Below are positions 10,232 through 19,185 of a DNA stretch of 64,000 bases, in pieces. The notes beneath the pieces were generated by a model, which was given only the letters and a program-made list of their open reading frames with translations, did no database searches and was not told where the DNA came from. The translations under genes and the position numbers were made by a program. Every line of letters starts with the position of its first letter. Positions within the stretch are counted from its first letter, which is position 1. The stretch is from Verrucomicrobiales bacterium (GTDB lineage: Bacteria > Verrucomicrobiota > Verrucomicrobiia > Verrucomicrobiales > V1-33). The stretch covers positions 1 through 64,000 of the forward strand of contig JANOAV010000161.1 in NCBI GenBank assembly GCA_031411295.1. The letters are read 5' to 3'.

Positions 10232-13200
10232 ATGTCCCCCAGCTTCTTCATCCAACGCCCTATTTTTGCGGCCGTGCTCAGCATTTTCATCACGCTGTTT
10301 GGCGCGCTGGCCTATTTTGGGCTGCCGGTTTCCCAATATCCCGAGGTGGTGCCGCCGACGGTGGTGGTGAGCACGTTCTATCCCGGGGCCAATGCGCAGA
10401 CGCTGTCGGAGACGGTGGCCACACCACTGGAGCAGGAAATTAATGGCGTGGAAAACATGCTCTATCTTTCTTCCAGCAGCACCAGCGACGGTCGGTTGGC
10501 TGTGACGGTTACCTTCAAGTTAGGCACCAATCTGGACCAAGCCCAGGTGCAGGTGCAAAATCGGGTTAGTGTGGCGGTGCCTCGTTTGCCGGAAGAGGTT
10601 CGTCGGCAGGGCGTCAATGTGACGAAGCGCTCGCCCGACCTCACCTTGGCGGTGCAATTCTACTCGCCTGATGGGTCGCGCGATACCATGTATCTGGGCA
10701 ACTACGTCAGTCTGCAGATCACCAATGAAATTACCCGACTGCCTGGCGTGGCCGAAGCCAGCCTGCTGGGCGGGCTGGATTTCACGATGCGGATCTGGCT
10801 GGATCCCGAAAAGTTAGCGGTGCGCAATCTGACCGCAGGCGATGTCCTGCGGGCGGTGCGGGAGCAGAACGTGCAGATCGCTGCTGGACAACTCGGTCAG
10901 CCTCCCGCCGCTCAAGGCCTGGATTTTCAATACACGCTGGTTTCCCCCGGCCGATTAGTGACCTCAGAGGAGTTTGGAAACATTGTTATCAAGACCGGCA
11001 CCGGTGGGGACACCATCCATCTGCGCGATGTGGCGCGCGTGGAATTGGGGGCCAAGGATTACTCGGTGCGCACTTACATGGATGGGAAAAATGCCGTGTC
11101 CCTGCGGATCTTCCAGCTTCCCGGAACCAATGCGCTCTCCACTGCGGATGGGGTGTATGATCGCATGGCCAAGCTGGCGGAACGTTTCCCGCCGGGGGTG
11201 GGATATCGCATCAATTACGATCCCACACAGTTCGTGCGCGCCTCGATGAAGAGCGTGCTGTGGACCTTGTTGGAGGCCTTGGGGTTGGTGGTCATTGTCG
11301 TCGTGGTGTTCCTGCAAACGTGGCGGGCCTCGCTCATTCCACTGCTGGCGGTGCCGGTGTCGTTGATTGGCACGCTGGCGATTATGAGTGCGTTCGGCTT
11401 CTCGTTGAACAATCTTTCCCTGTTCGGACTCGTGTTAGCCATCGGCATCGTGGTGGACGATGCCATCGTCGTGGTCGAAAATGTGGAGCGGTTGATGGCC
11501 CAAGGAATGAGCCCGCGCGAGGCCAGTCACGCGGCCATGAAAGAGGTCTCCAGTGCCGTCATTGGGGTAGCGTTGGTGCTGACGGCGGTGTTTGTGCCCA
11601 CCGCCTTTCTGGGCGGCATCATTGGAAAATTCTACCAACAATTTGCGCTCACGATTGCCGCCAGCACGGTCCTTTCCGCCATCAACTCCCTGACCCTGAG
11701 CCCGGCCTTGGCGGCCCTGTTGCTGCAGCCGCACGGTGCCAAGCCAGACTGGGTCACCCGCATAATCAACGTGGTTCTGGGTTGGTTCTTCCGAGGTTTC
11801 AATAAAGTTTTTGCCCGCAGCGCCCAGGCCTACGGTTGGCTGACGGAAAAGTTGGTGCGACGCACGGGGCGCCTGGCCTTGCTCTACGGCGGCTTGGTGG
11901 CGGTAGCGGGTTGGTTGTTCACGAAAGTGCCGTCCGGGTTTATCCCCGTGCAGGACATGGGATATTTCCTGGTGGTGGCGCAGTTGCCGGATGCGTCCTC
12001 GTTAGAACGGACGGATGAGGTCGTGCGGCGGATGGATAAAATTGCCCGGGAAACACCCGGTATCGCCCACACCTTCGCCATCAGCGGCTATTCCAGCGTA
12101 TTGCAGGCCAATCAGCCGAACATCGGAGCGGCGTTTGTGATTCCCGATTCCTTCGACCAGCGCAGTGGCAATCCGCAACTATCCGCGCCTGCCCTCATGG
12201 CCACCTTGCGGCAACGTTTTAGCGGCATTCAGGAAGCACGCATTCTGGTGCTGCCACCCCCTGCCCTGCGGGGATTGGGGAACGCCGGGGGCTTCAAAAT
12301 TCAAGTGCAGGATCTCAACAACCAAGGCCCGGTGGCCTTGCAGAAGGCGGTCCAGAGCTTGTCGGATGAGCTGACGAAAGATCCAGAATTCAACTCCCTC
12401 CTGCCGGGCTTCCGAGCCACCGTGCCGCAGTATTTCATGGACATCGACCGCACCCAGGCCAAGTCTATGAATATCAACCTGGCGGATCTGAATGAAACCC
12501 TGCAAGTCTTCCTCGGCAGCGTTTATGTGAATGATTTCAACCTTTTCGGCCGCACCTATCAAGTCACTGCGCAGGCCGAACCTAACTTCCGCGCCACCCC
12601 GGAATCCATCGCCCGACTGCGAACCCGCAATCAACAGGGCGGCATGGTGCCGCTGGGCGCACTAGTGAAAGTGCAACCCATCGCAGGGGCGGACCGCTGG
12701 CAGCGGTATAACATGTATCCCAGCGGAGACCTCAGTGGCAACGTGGCGGCTGGACTGAGCAGCGGGGAAATGATCAAGCGCGTGGATGCCGCCGCAGCAC
12801 GTGCCCTCCCACCCGGCTACAGCATTGAATGGACGGACCTGACGTATCAGCAAATTCTGGCAGGCAATGCCATCATCTGGGTCTTCCCACTTTGTGTTCT
12901 GTTGGTTTTTCTGGTGCTGGCCGCCCTCTACGAAAGCTGGGGCCTGCCGCTGGCGATCATCCTCATCGTGCCGATGTGCGTGCTCAGCGCGCTGCTGGCG
13001 GTGTGGGTGAGCGGTCGGGATAATAACATCTTTACCCAGATCGGCCTCATCGTGCTGGTCGGCCTGGCGGCAAAGAATGCCATCCTCATCGTGGAATTCG
13101 CCCGACAGGCGGAGGAACGCGGAGCGGATTGCTATACAGCGGCGGTGGAAGCATGTCGCCTGCGTTTACGACCCATTTTAATGACCAGCTTCGCCTTCAT

Positions 13201-13414
13201 CCTCGGCGTGCTGCCCCTGCTAAAAGCCCACGGAGCCGGAGCGGAAATGCGTCAGGCCCTGGGCACCTCGGTGTTTTACGGCATGATCGGGGTAACGGTC
13301 TTCGGCCTGATCCTAACACCGGTGTTTTATGTTTTCATTCGGAAATTCCAGAGGAAACCTAAGGTGGCCGAGGTTGAAGTTGTAACGCACGAGGAAGCGA
13401 CAGTGGGACACTGA
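10232..13414 (+). CDS. RND multidrug efflux permease (HAE1, AcrB/MexF-like)
   Basis: 1060 aa; FIQRPIFA start, GIVVDDAIVVVENVER, GLAAKNAILIVEFA and RLRPILMTS motifs. Confidence 0.96.
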   Translation: MSPSFFIQRPIFAAVLSIFITLFGALAYFGLPVSQYPEVVPPTVVVSTFYPGANAQTLSETVATPLEQEINGVENMLYLSSSSTSDGRLAVTVTFKLGTNLDQAQVQVQNRVSVAVPRLPEEVRRQGVNVTKRSPDLTLAVQFYSPDGSRDTMYLGNYVSLQITNEITRLPGVAEASLLGGLDFTMRIWLDPEKLAVRNLTAGDVLRAVREQNVQIAAGQLGQPPAAQGLDFQYTLVSPGRLVTSEEFGNIVIKTGTGGDTIHLRDVARVELGAKDYSVRTYMDGKNAVSLRIFQLPGTNALSTADGVYDRMAKLAERFPPGVGYRINYDPTQFVRASMKSVLWTLLEALGLVVIVVVVFLQTWRASLIPLLAVPVSLIGTLAIMSAFGFSLNNLSLFGLVLAIGIVVDDAIVVVENVERLMAQGMSPREASHAAMKEVSSAVIGVALVLTAVFVPTAFLGGIIGKFYQQFALTIAASTVLSAINSLTLSPALAALLLQPHGAKPDWVTRIINVVLGWFFRGFNKVFARSAQAYGWLTEKLVRRTGRLALLYGGLVAVAGWLFTKVPSGFIPVQDMGYFLVVAQLPDASSLERTDEVVRRMDKIARETPGIAHTFAISGYSSVLQANQPNIGAAFVIPDSFDQRSGNPQLSAPALMATLRQRFSGIQEARILVLPPPALRGLGNAGGFKIQVQDLNNQGPVALQKAVQSLSDELTKDPEFNSLLPGFRATVPQYFMDIDRTQAKSMNINLADLNETLQVFLGSVYVNDFNLFGRTYQVTAQAEPNFRATPESIARLRTRNQQGGMVPLGALVKVQPIAGADRWQRYNMYPSGDLSGNVAAGLSSGEMIKRVDAAAARALPPGYSIEWTDLTYQQILAGNAIIWVFPLCVLLVFLVLAALYESWGLPLAIILIVPMCVLSALLAVWVSGRDNNIFTQIGLIVLVGLAAKNAILIVEFARQAEERGADCYTAAVEACRLRLRPILMTSFAFILGVLPLLKAHGAGAEMRQALGTSVFYGMIGVTVFGLILTPVFYVFIRKFQRKPKVAEVEVVTHEEATVGH

Positions 13415-13648
13415 GCCTAAATGACATGGGCTTGTGTCCAGCAGCCAGCTTACAACAAGGACCTTGAAGGGCGAGGCAAGAAGGGGACTCCGGCTTTGGG
13501 TGCTATGCCGTTTACAGTCTCAGACAAAGCCATTGCTTGAAATCCTATCATTCGATGGCACTTATGAAATCTGGTTCGCCAATTCCTCCTCAGTCCGAGC
13601 CTGAATTGCTTGTCTGCCTGCGGATTGTTACATCACCCAATCTTCCTT

Positions 13649-16600
13649 ATGAATTTCCCTGATCTTCCTCATCTGAGACAACTACAGAATGAACTTTGGC
13701 GTTGGCCAAAATCGCGGGCATCTCTTATGGTAGGTGCCGGACTGAGCATCAATGCGGACCCCATGCCGGGTATAACCTCGAAATTTCCAACATGGCGTGA
13801 ATTGGCCAGAGCCATCTTTGATGAACTTCATCCAAGCCAGGCCGGAGAATCTGCTGATGATGTCGCGGCTAAGGAACGAAAATTCGCCAATTCCAACTCC
13901 TTAAGGATAGCCAGTGAATATGAGGCAGCCTTTGGGAGACGGAAACTGAATCAGCTTCTTCAAGCGCAGACCCCTGATATAAATCACTCTCCAGGCGAAC
14001 TCCATCGACAGCTGTTGGAATTGCCTTGGGCCGACATTTTCACTACAAATTATGACACCCTTCTTGAGCGTGTGGAAACGCCTGAGCAGTCGTATCAGTG
14101 CGTTTTGACAACTGAGGAACTGACGACGGCCTTCGCCCCAAGGATCATTAAGCTACACGGTTCTTTTCCTTCTCAGACCCAACTTATCATTACAGAGGAG
14201 GATTATAGAAGTTACCCAGCCGACTTTGCTCCATTTGTTAACACGGTCCAACAGGCACTCATAGAGACGTCCTTCGTCATGCTTGGGTTTTCTGGTGATG
14301 ATCCAAATTTTTTGGCTTGGACGGGGTGGATTCGAGACAAGCTTGGGGAACATCATGCTCCAATCTACCTTGTTGGGGCGCTTTCTCTGAGTGCGGCAGA
14401 GCGAGCATTGCTACACAGACGAGGGGTAACGCCTATAGATTTTTCCCCCGTGCTCGGGACAGGTCCCTACAAAAACGGCAATCACGAAGCAGCCATATGG
14501 GAATTTATTAAGTCCATGAATGCCGCCAAGCTGCCGCGTCCAGAGCGCTGGCCAGATTTCCCGGATACCAAAAGACTACCCGTCGAAATTTCAAAATATG
14601 CTCCAGAGACACTGTTCATCCCAAGTGCACCGAAGTTTCCGAAAAATAACTCTAGCATAGACGACGTGATTGAGGTTTTAACTCGGTGGTCCTATGAACG
14701 AAAGCACTATCCAGGCTGGCTGGTCGCAACGGATGAAAGAAGAGCAAAAATTTACCGAAATACAAAGTCATGGTCAGCAAATATCATCAAGCTGACAGCA
14801 GAATGGGCCAATGTTGATCGTCTATTGGTTTATCGGGAAATAAATTGGCGCTATGAAACTGCAATGGTAACACTTTTTGAGGATACCGTTCAACCGTTCC
14901 GCGATGTTATCGTTGCGCTGTCTAAAGATGTGGAAGGAGGAAACATTCTGCGGCCGTCACAAGAGGGCACGCCTTTCGCAGAGGTGCCGTCCGCTGAGAT
15001 TATGGGGAGTTGGCTTGAACTTACGTTCGCTCTCCAACGAGAGGCTCGTGAGGTCTGTAATGAGGTTAGTTGGAACTTTTACAAGGAAAAGCTGGACGTT
15101 GTCATCCCACAGTTTCCGCAATATCTGGATCGATACCATTACGAATCCGCGCTTTGGATGATGTGGAAGATTAAAAGAATCGAAGCGCGCGCCATCCTCG
15201 CAAAATGGCAGCCCACCGCAAATAATCCGCAGGCCGCCATCTGGAAGGCTGGACTGCTTTTAGAGTTAGACGAACTACAGGAAGGTAAAGCGTTATTACG
15301 CAATTCATTGCGACAGATTAGGGCCTCCCTGAACCTACAACCGAGGAACATAGAATTGCTTTCGACAGAGGGGTGGTGCACTTATTTACTTTTTGCTGTG
15401 GAGCAGATGCTGAATCTCCGAAATTCATCAACCTTCTGGGAGGAATTTACGCAGCGATGGGATGAACTGAAGCGATGGGATTGTAATCCGTGGCCGTTAC
15501 AAAAATACTTTGATACTGCACTTTCTGACGTAATGCCTGAGGCTAGTGGCATCCGGCGGAAACGGACGAATCACTTTGATATCTGGGACAAGGGGACCTC
15601 ACTTCATATCCGCAACGATAATATCGAACCCTTCATCCCCGCTCTGGCTTGTTTGAGATTTTTTGAGCAGAGCGGAGTGCCCATGAGGATGTCCCGCTTG
15701 AATATTGCACGAGACGCATTGCGTCAGGCCTGCAAATGGATTGAGCCTTTCGTCGGATTTGGCAGTTCCGCTGTGCTCATCAGGTCAGGGAATCGCGACT
15801 ATATCAAGAAGGACAAGGCCTTTGATAGGTGTGGATTGGCCATTATGGATGCTGATCATGCATTGCGTTTGAACAGTTGGTGCAGCGAGGTCTTGCACCG
15901 AGAGTTGGATGGACTTGAGGGTATGCCCAATTATGGGTCGGCGTCCGAGGATTTGCTGGGAATATTGAGCGAACTACTATCGAGGTTAACTTTTCGCCTG
16001 CCTGAGAAGGAATTAAACGAATCCTTCTCTCTCGCAGTCAAATTGCAGATTCATCCCGGTATTAGGAAACACCTCAGCCTTCACGAGGTCTGTAAACCTT
16101 GGTTCGATCGATTGTTTGATAAAGCGGAGCCGGAAACCTTACTCCCATGGTTACCTCAACTCTTAGAGTTACCTACATTCGCTGATGATGTGAACGACAA
16201 AATTCCAGAACACCGTGTGTGGCCTGATCCACTGAAGAATTTTCCATGCAGATCGATGCTGGATTTTTGTGAATCAATGCCGGTGGAAGTAGAGAAAGTG
16301 CGTTCCGCCGTCGAGAAACTTCTAGCTAAAGCGCCAAGTGAACATGGAGAGGCCCGAAAAAGAACGATTCACAGAATAATTGTTGTTCATTCGGCGGGAC
16401 TCTTGACCCAAAAACAAGCGTCAGCGCTCAAGGATTTGACATGGAGCAGAAGAACACGAGACGGACTTCCCGACACGCCCGGTATTGCTCTGGTTAGCTT
16501 TTTGCGTGTCCCTGTTCCAACGGATGTGGATGTGCGAAGTCTGATCAAAAAGCATATTCTGGGGTTACCCGTAATGATGATGGTTAAGAGGAAAGACGGT

Positions 16601-17578
16601 CGTTTTAACAGCAGTTTTTCCATAGTGCCAGAGCCCATTATTCACGAAGCTTCCAGTGTCTCTAAACCAGTTTGCGAACTGTTTGGAGAAGGCGGAGGCT
16701 CCATTACTTGGTCCGGCGAAGAGATCCGTTACCTCAAAAAACGCTCTCTCGATTGGTGGAATAACGACAAGATTGTTCTGGATCCTAAATATCGAGATAT
16801 CTCCTTTGGAATAAATGGCATCGAGTCTACAGCTGCCGCTCTTACAAAATTGCTCGCTCGCGTTATTTTGCCCGGCATGAAGCGTGCATCAGAGAAGGAC
16901 TGGGAAGCAATACTTGGAATGCTAGCTGAAATGCGGGGCCACGCGTTTTACCCATCATTGGCATTGCCTTACGTCCTAATACATCGATCCAGCCAACTTA
17001 AGGTGGTTGCTAAAACCCTTCAAGATGACCTGTGTGCGGAGTCTAATGAAATAGTCGCAGCAGCGGTGGAGGCAATCAGGCATTGGTGTCACCTCTCACA
17101 CGCCAATCAAGTGCCACCTATTCCACGCCAAATGTTGGAAGAACTCGTGATGCGAGTTGTTCTTCGCAATCAAGTGGGCACGATTCCCATGCTGGAAAGC
17201 CTCACATATTTATTAGTCGAGCGTCCGGAATTGTTCTTAAAGCCTATGATTAATTCTCTGGCTCGCAGTTTAACCCAATGGCATGCATCGCTGAAGCTCA
17301 ACACTGCGGAGAGCGAAGTAAACGAATTCGAGAATTCAGCCAAACCAGAAATTAGATGGTGGGTTGCACACCTGGCATGGGCTATAGATCAGTATTTTAA
17401 GACGACCTCGCCAAAAATGCCTGAGCACTCTGGCGTCTCATTGTGGAGAAAAATCTGTGCGGAAGATCCCCTTCCAGAAATGCGCAGGGCATTCTACGAA
17501 CTCAATTTCTTACGGGACCGTGCCCATAAAGCCGATAAGGCACTGAAAACAGTAAGAAAAAGAAAAAAGCCAAAATAA
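13649..17578 (+). CDS. SIR2-domain anti-phage protein, Dsr1-like (defense-associated sirtuin)
   Basis: N-terminal SIR2_2-type motifs VGAGLS, PTWREL, IFTTNYDTLLE, IIKLHGS, ITEEDY and LGFSGDDPNF, then about 1000 aa of helical region. The DNA is visibly more AT-rich than the flanks. Confidence 0.8.
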   Translation: MNFPDLPHLRQLQNELWRWPKSRASLMVGAGLSINADPMPGITSKFPTWRELARAIFDELHPSQAGESADDVAAKERKFANSNSLRIASEYEAAFGRRKLNQLLQAQTPDINHSPGELHRQLLELPWADIFTTNYDTLLERVETPEQSYQCVLTTEELTTAFAPRIIKLHGSFPSQTQLIITEEDYRSYPADFAPFVNTVQQALIETSFVMLGFSGDDPNFLAWTGWIRDKLGEHHAPIYLVGALSLSAAERALLHRRGVTPIDFSPVLGTGPYKNGNHEAAIWEFIKSMNAAKLPRPERWPDFPDTKRLPVEISKYAPETLFIPSAPKFPKNNSSIDDVIEVLTRWSYERKHYPGWLVATDERRAKIYRNTKSWSANIIKLTAEWANVDRLLVYREINWRYETAMVTLFEDTVQPFRDVIVALSKDVEGGNILRPSQEGTPFAEVPSAEIMGSWLELTFALQREAREVCNEVSWNFYKEKLDVVIPQFPQYLDRYHYESALWMMWKIKRIEARAILAKWQPTANNPQAAIWKAGLLLELDELQEGKALLRNSLRQIRASLNLQPRNIELLSTEGWCTYLLFAVEQMLNLRNSSTFWEEFTQRWDELKRWDCNPWPLQKYFDTALSDVMPEASGIRRKRTNHFDIWDKGTSLHIRNDNIEPFIPALACLRFFEQSGVPMRMSRLNIARDALRQACKWIEPFVGFGSSAVLIRSGNRDYIKKDKAFDRCGLAIMDADHALRLNSWCSEVLHRELDGLEGMPNYGSASEDLLGILSELLSRLTFRLPEKELNESFSLAVKLQIHPGIRKHLSLHEVCKPWFDRLFDKAEPETLLPWLPQLLELPTFADDVNDKIPEHRVWPDPLKNFPCRSMLDFCESMPVEVEKVRSAVEKLLAKAPSEHGEARKRTIHRIIVVHSAGLLTQKQASALKDLTWSRRTRDGLPDTPGIALVSFLRVPVPTDVDVRSLIKKHILGLPVMMMVKRKDGRFNSSFSIVPEPIIHEASSVSKPVCELFGEGGGSITWSGEEIRYLKKRSLDWWNNDKIVLDPKYRDISFGINGIESTAAALTKLLARVILPGMKRASEKDWEAILGMLAEMRGHAFYPSLALPYVLIHRSSQLKVVAKTLQDDLCAESNEIVAAAVEAIRHWCHLSHANQVPPIPRQMLEELVMRVVLRNQVGTIPMLESLTYLLVERPELFLKPMINSLARSLTQWHASLKLNTAESEVNEFENSAKPEIRWWVAHLAWAIDQYFKTTSPKMPEHSGVSLWRKICAEDPLPEMRRAFYELNFLRDRAHKADKALKTVRKRKKPK

Positions 17579-17581
17579 ATC

Positions 17582-17611
17582 TTGCCCGCGCATAGCCGTT
17601 TATGGCAAAAT
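17582..17611 (+). promoter_or_regulatory. Putative sigma70 promoter, possibly leaderless, for the 17619 gene
   Basis: TTGCCC (17582-87) and extended -10 TG-G-CAAAAT (17603-11), with an ATG 7 nt downstream. Confidence 0.4.
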
Positions 17612-17618
17612 GCCAGTC

Positions 17619-18203
17619 ATGCCACAACCTCTGACATGGGATTCGCCTTTATTGACGTGGGACATGCCGGGAACTGTTACCTGGGATGGGGAAGTGGCTT
17701 CACCACTAACACCAAAAAAGCTTATGGGAATCGATAATCGGATATCTTTAGAACTAACGGCAGCGGAGAAGGCCGCGATTGTGGACGCAACGACCGCGCT
17801 GGAGGAGGCGTTGGACGGGAAGACTCAGGGGCTAACCCCGGAGGAGCGGCATGACCTGCCGAAGCTGGGCGATAAGTCGCTGGGCTTCGATGAGAAATGC
17901 CAGACGTATATGGCGGCCCACCCGACGTATATTCCGGGGTTCGTAGATCAGACGGAACTGGCGAAGGATCGGAAATTGATCACTGATTACGCTCCTTGTC
18001 TTGCGAAGCTGGCTCCGCTGGTGCAGGCGATGGAGGATACGGTGACCCAGGCGTATTCGGATATTTATATCGCCAACCTGGCCTTTTACCAAAATGTGCG
18101 CCAAGCCGCCAAACGCGGGGTGCCCGGAGCGGATGCAATCTATCAGGACCTTCAGGAGCGTTTCCCCGGTCGCCCGAAGAAGGTGGTGCCTCCCACACCG
18201 TGA
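17619..18203 (+). CDS. Conserved-looking helical hypothetical protein with a triple TWD leader
   Basis: MPQPLTWDSPLLTWDMPGTVTWDG followed by NRISLEL...LTPEER.LPKLGDKS...FYQNVRQAAKRGVPGADAIYQDLQERF. The ORF is clean with host-like codon use. Confidence 0.75.
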   Translation: MPQPLTWDSPLLTWDMPGTVTWDGEVASPLTPKKLMGIDNRISLELTAAEKAAIVDATTALEEALDGKTQGLTPEERHDLPKLGDKSLGFDEKCQTYMAAHPTYIPGFVDQTELAKDRKLITDYAPCLAKLAPLVQAMEDTVTQAYSDIYIANLAFYQNVRQAAKRGVPGADAIYQDLQERFPGRPKKVVPPTP

Positions 18204-18222
18204 GCCCAAAATGAGGTGAATT

Positions 18223-18255
18223 CCTGATTTTCCATAAATTTACGGGGAAATCAGG
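18223..18255. other. Stem-loop downstream of the TWD-leader gene
   Basis: CCTGATTTTCC ... GGGAAATCAGG inverted repeat. Confidence 0.55.
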
Positions 18256-18287
18256 TGCCATCAGCCACTTTCAATCCCAAAAAACTC

Positions 18288-18518
18288 ACTCGGAGTGACC
18301 TTTTTCTCACTCCGAGTGAGTAATTGGGCGCTCCGAGTGTCCTCTTTCCAGCTCTGGGTGAGTTATTTCGCACTCTAAGTGCGCTTTTAATCAATCTGAG
18401 CGGGTAATTGAATTCTGCGCGTGAGCTCTTGATGATTTGGGGTGAGCTTTTGTCCACGGTTGGTGGGCTTTTTGTCGCTGGGAGTGGCCAGGAATCCACT
18501 CGAAGTGTATTTTTAGAT
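18288..18518. repeat. Degenerate tandem array, 11 units of exactly 21 bp
   Basis: Units start at 18288, 18309, ... 18498. GTG occupies unit positions 8-10 in 10 of 11 units, and several junctions form CACTCN(G/A)AGTG. Confidence 0.8.
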
Positions 18519-18542
18519 TGATGTTATTTAACCCGAAAAACT

Positions 18543-19079
18543 ATGCCATACAATCCCGCCCTACCGGCCGCTGGTGCCCCGTTGGACTCTGCCGTGATTC
18601 GTGATCAATTGCAGGCACTGTTTAATTTGATCAATAATATTGTGACTCTAACGAGTGCCCAGGTGGATTCCACTGTCACCGTGGGGCCTGCAACTCCGGC
18701 TAGTGCCTCCGTAACCGTGAGCGGGGGCGTGCTGCACCTCAGCTTCGAGTTGCCCGTGGGAGCAGACGGGCTGATGGGTGCCCCAGGGCCGCCCTTCGCC
18801 CAGGCGGTGGTAGATGCCGTTTCCACGGTGGACCCGTTCAGCCCTGCGCAGGTCTTCACAGGCTTCGATGGGACGAATGTTCATTTCACATTCCAAATTC
18901 CACGCGGAATGCCAGGAGAAGTAACCAACACGGATCTCTCCAACGCCATCAGCAATCTGCAAAGCAATACTAGCAATAACAGCAACAGCGTGGCCACCCT
19001 GGATACCGGCATGATGGACCCGGATCACGAAACGCTGCGTCAGAAGCTGAATGAGCTGATTGCTGCTCTGAGACGGTAG
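18543..19079 (+). CDS. Fibre/collagen-like hypothetical protein with an internal duplication
   Basis: Two related units (AQVDSTVTVGP...LHLSFELPVG and AVVDAVSTVDP...VHFTFQIPRG) joined by Gly-X-Y (GADGLMGAPGPP), and a C-terminal LRQKLNELIAALRR helix. Confidence 0.75.
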   Translation: MPYNPALPAAGAPLDSAVIRDQLQALFNLINNIVTLTSAQVDSTVTVGPATPASASVTVSGGVLHLSFELPVGADGLMGAPGPPFAQAVVDAVSTVDPFSPAQVFTGFDGTNVHFTFQIPRGMPGEVTNTDLSNAISNLQSNTSNNSNSVATLDTGMMDPDHETLRQKLNELIAALRR

Positions 19080-19185
19080 GGGGTGGTATTGTCTGCAAAT
19101 CGCGCGTGGCCATAAATTGGCTATGCAAAATGTTTAGGAGAGTTAGACTCAGGAAAATTCAGCCTTCTGCCAACTCTTGTCTCTC

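Noticed and set aside
18288..18518. CRISPR or mini-CRISPR array
   Set aside because: The 21-bp period is too short for repeat plus spacer, and the repeats are degenerate.
13415..19180. Prophage or bounded genomic island around the sirtuin
   Set aside because: I found no integrase, att repeats or core phage genes; only composition suggests foreign origin.
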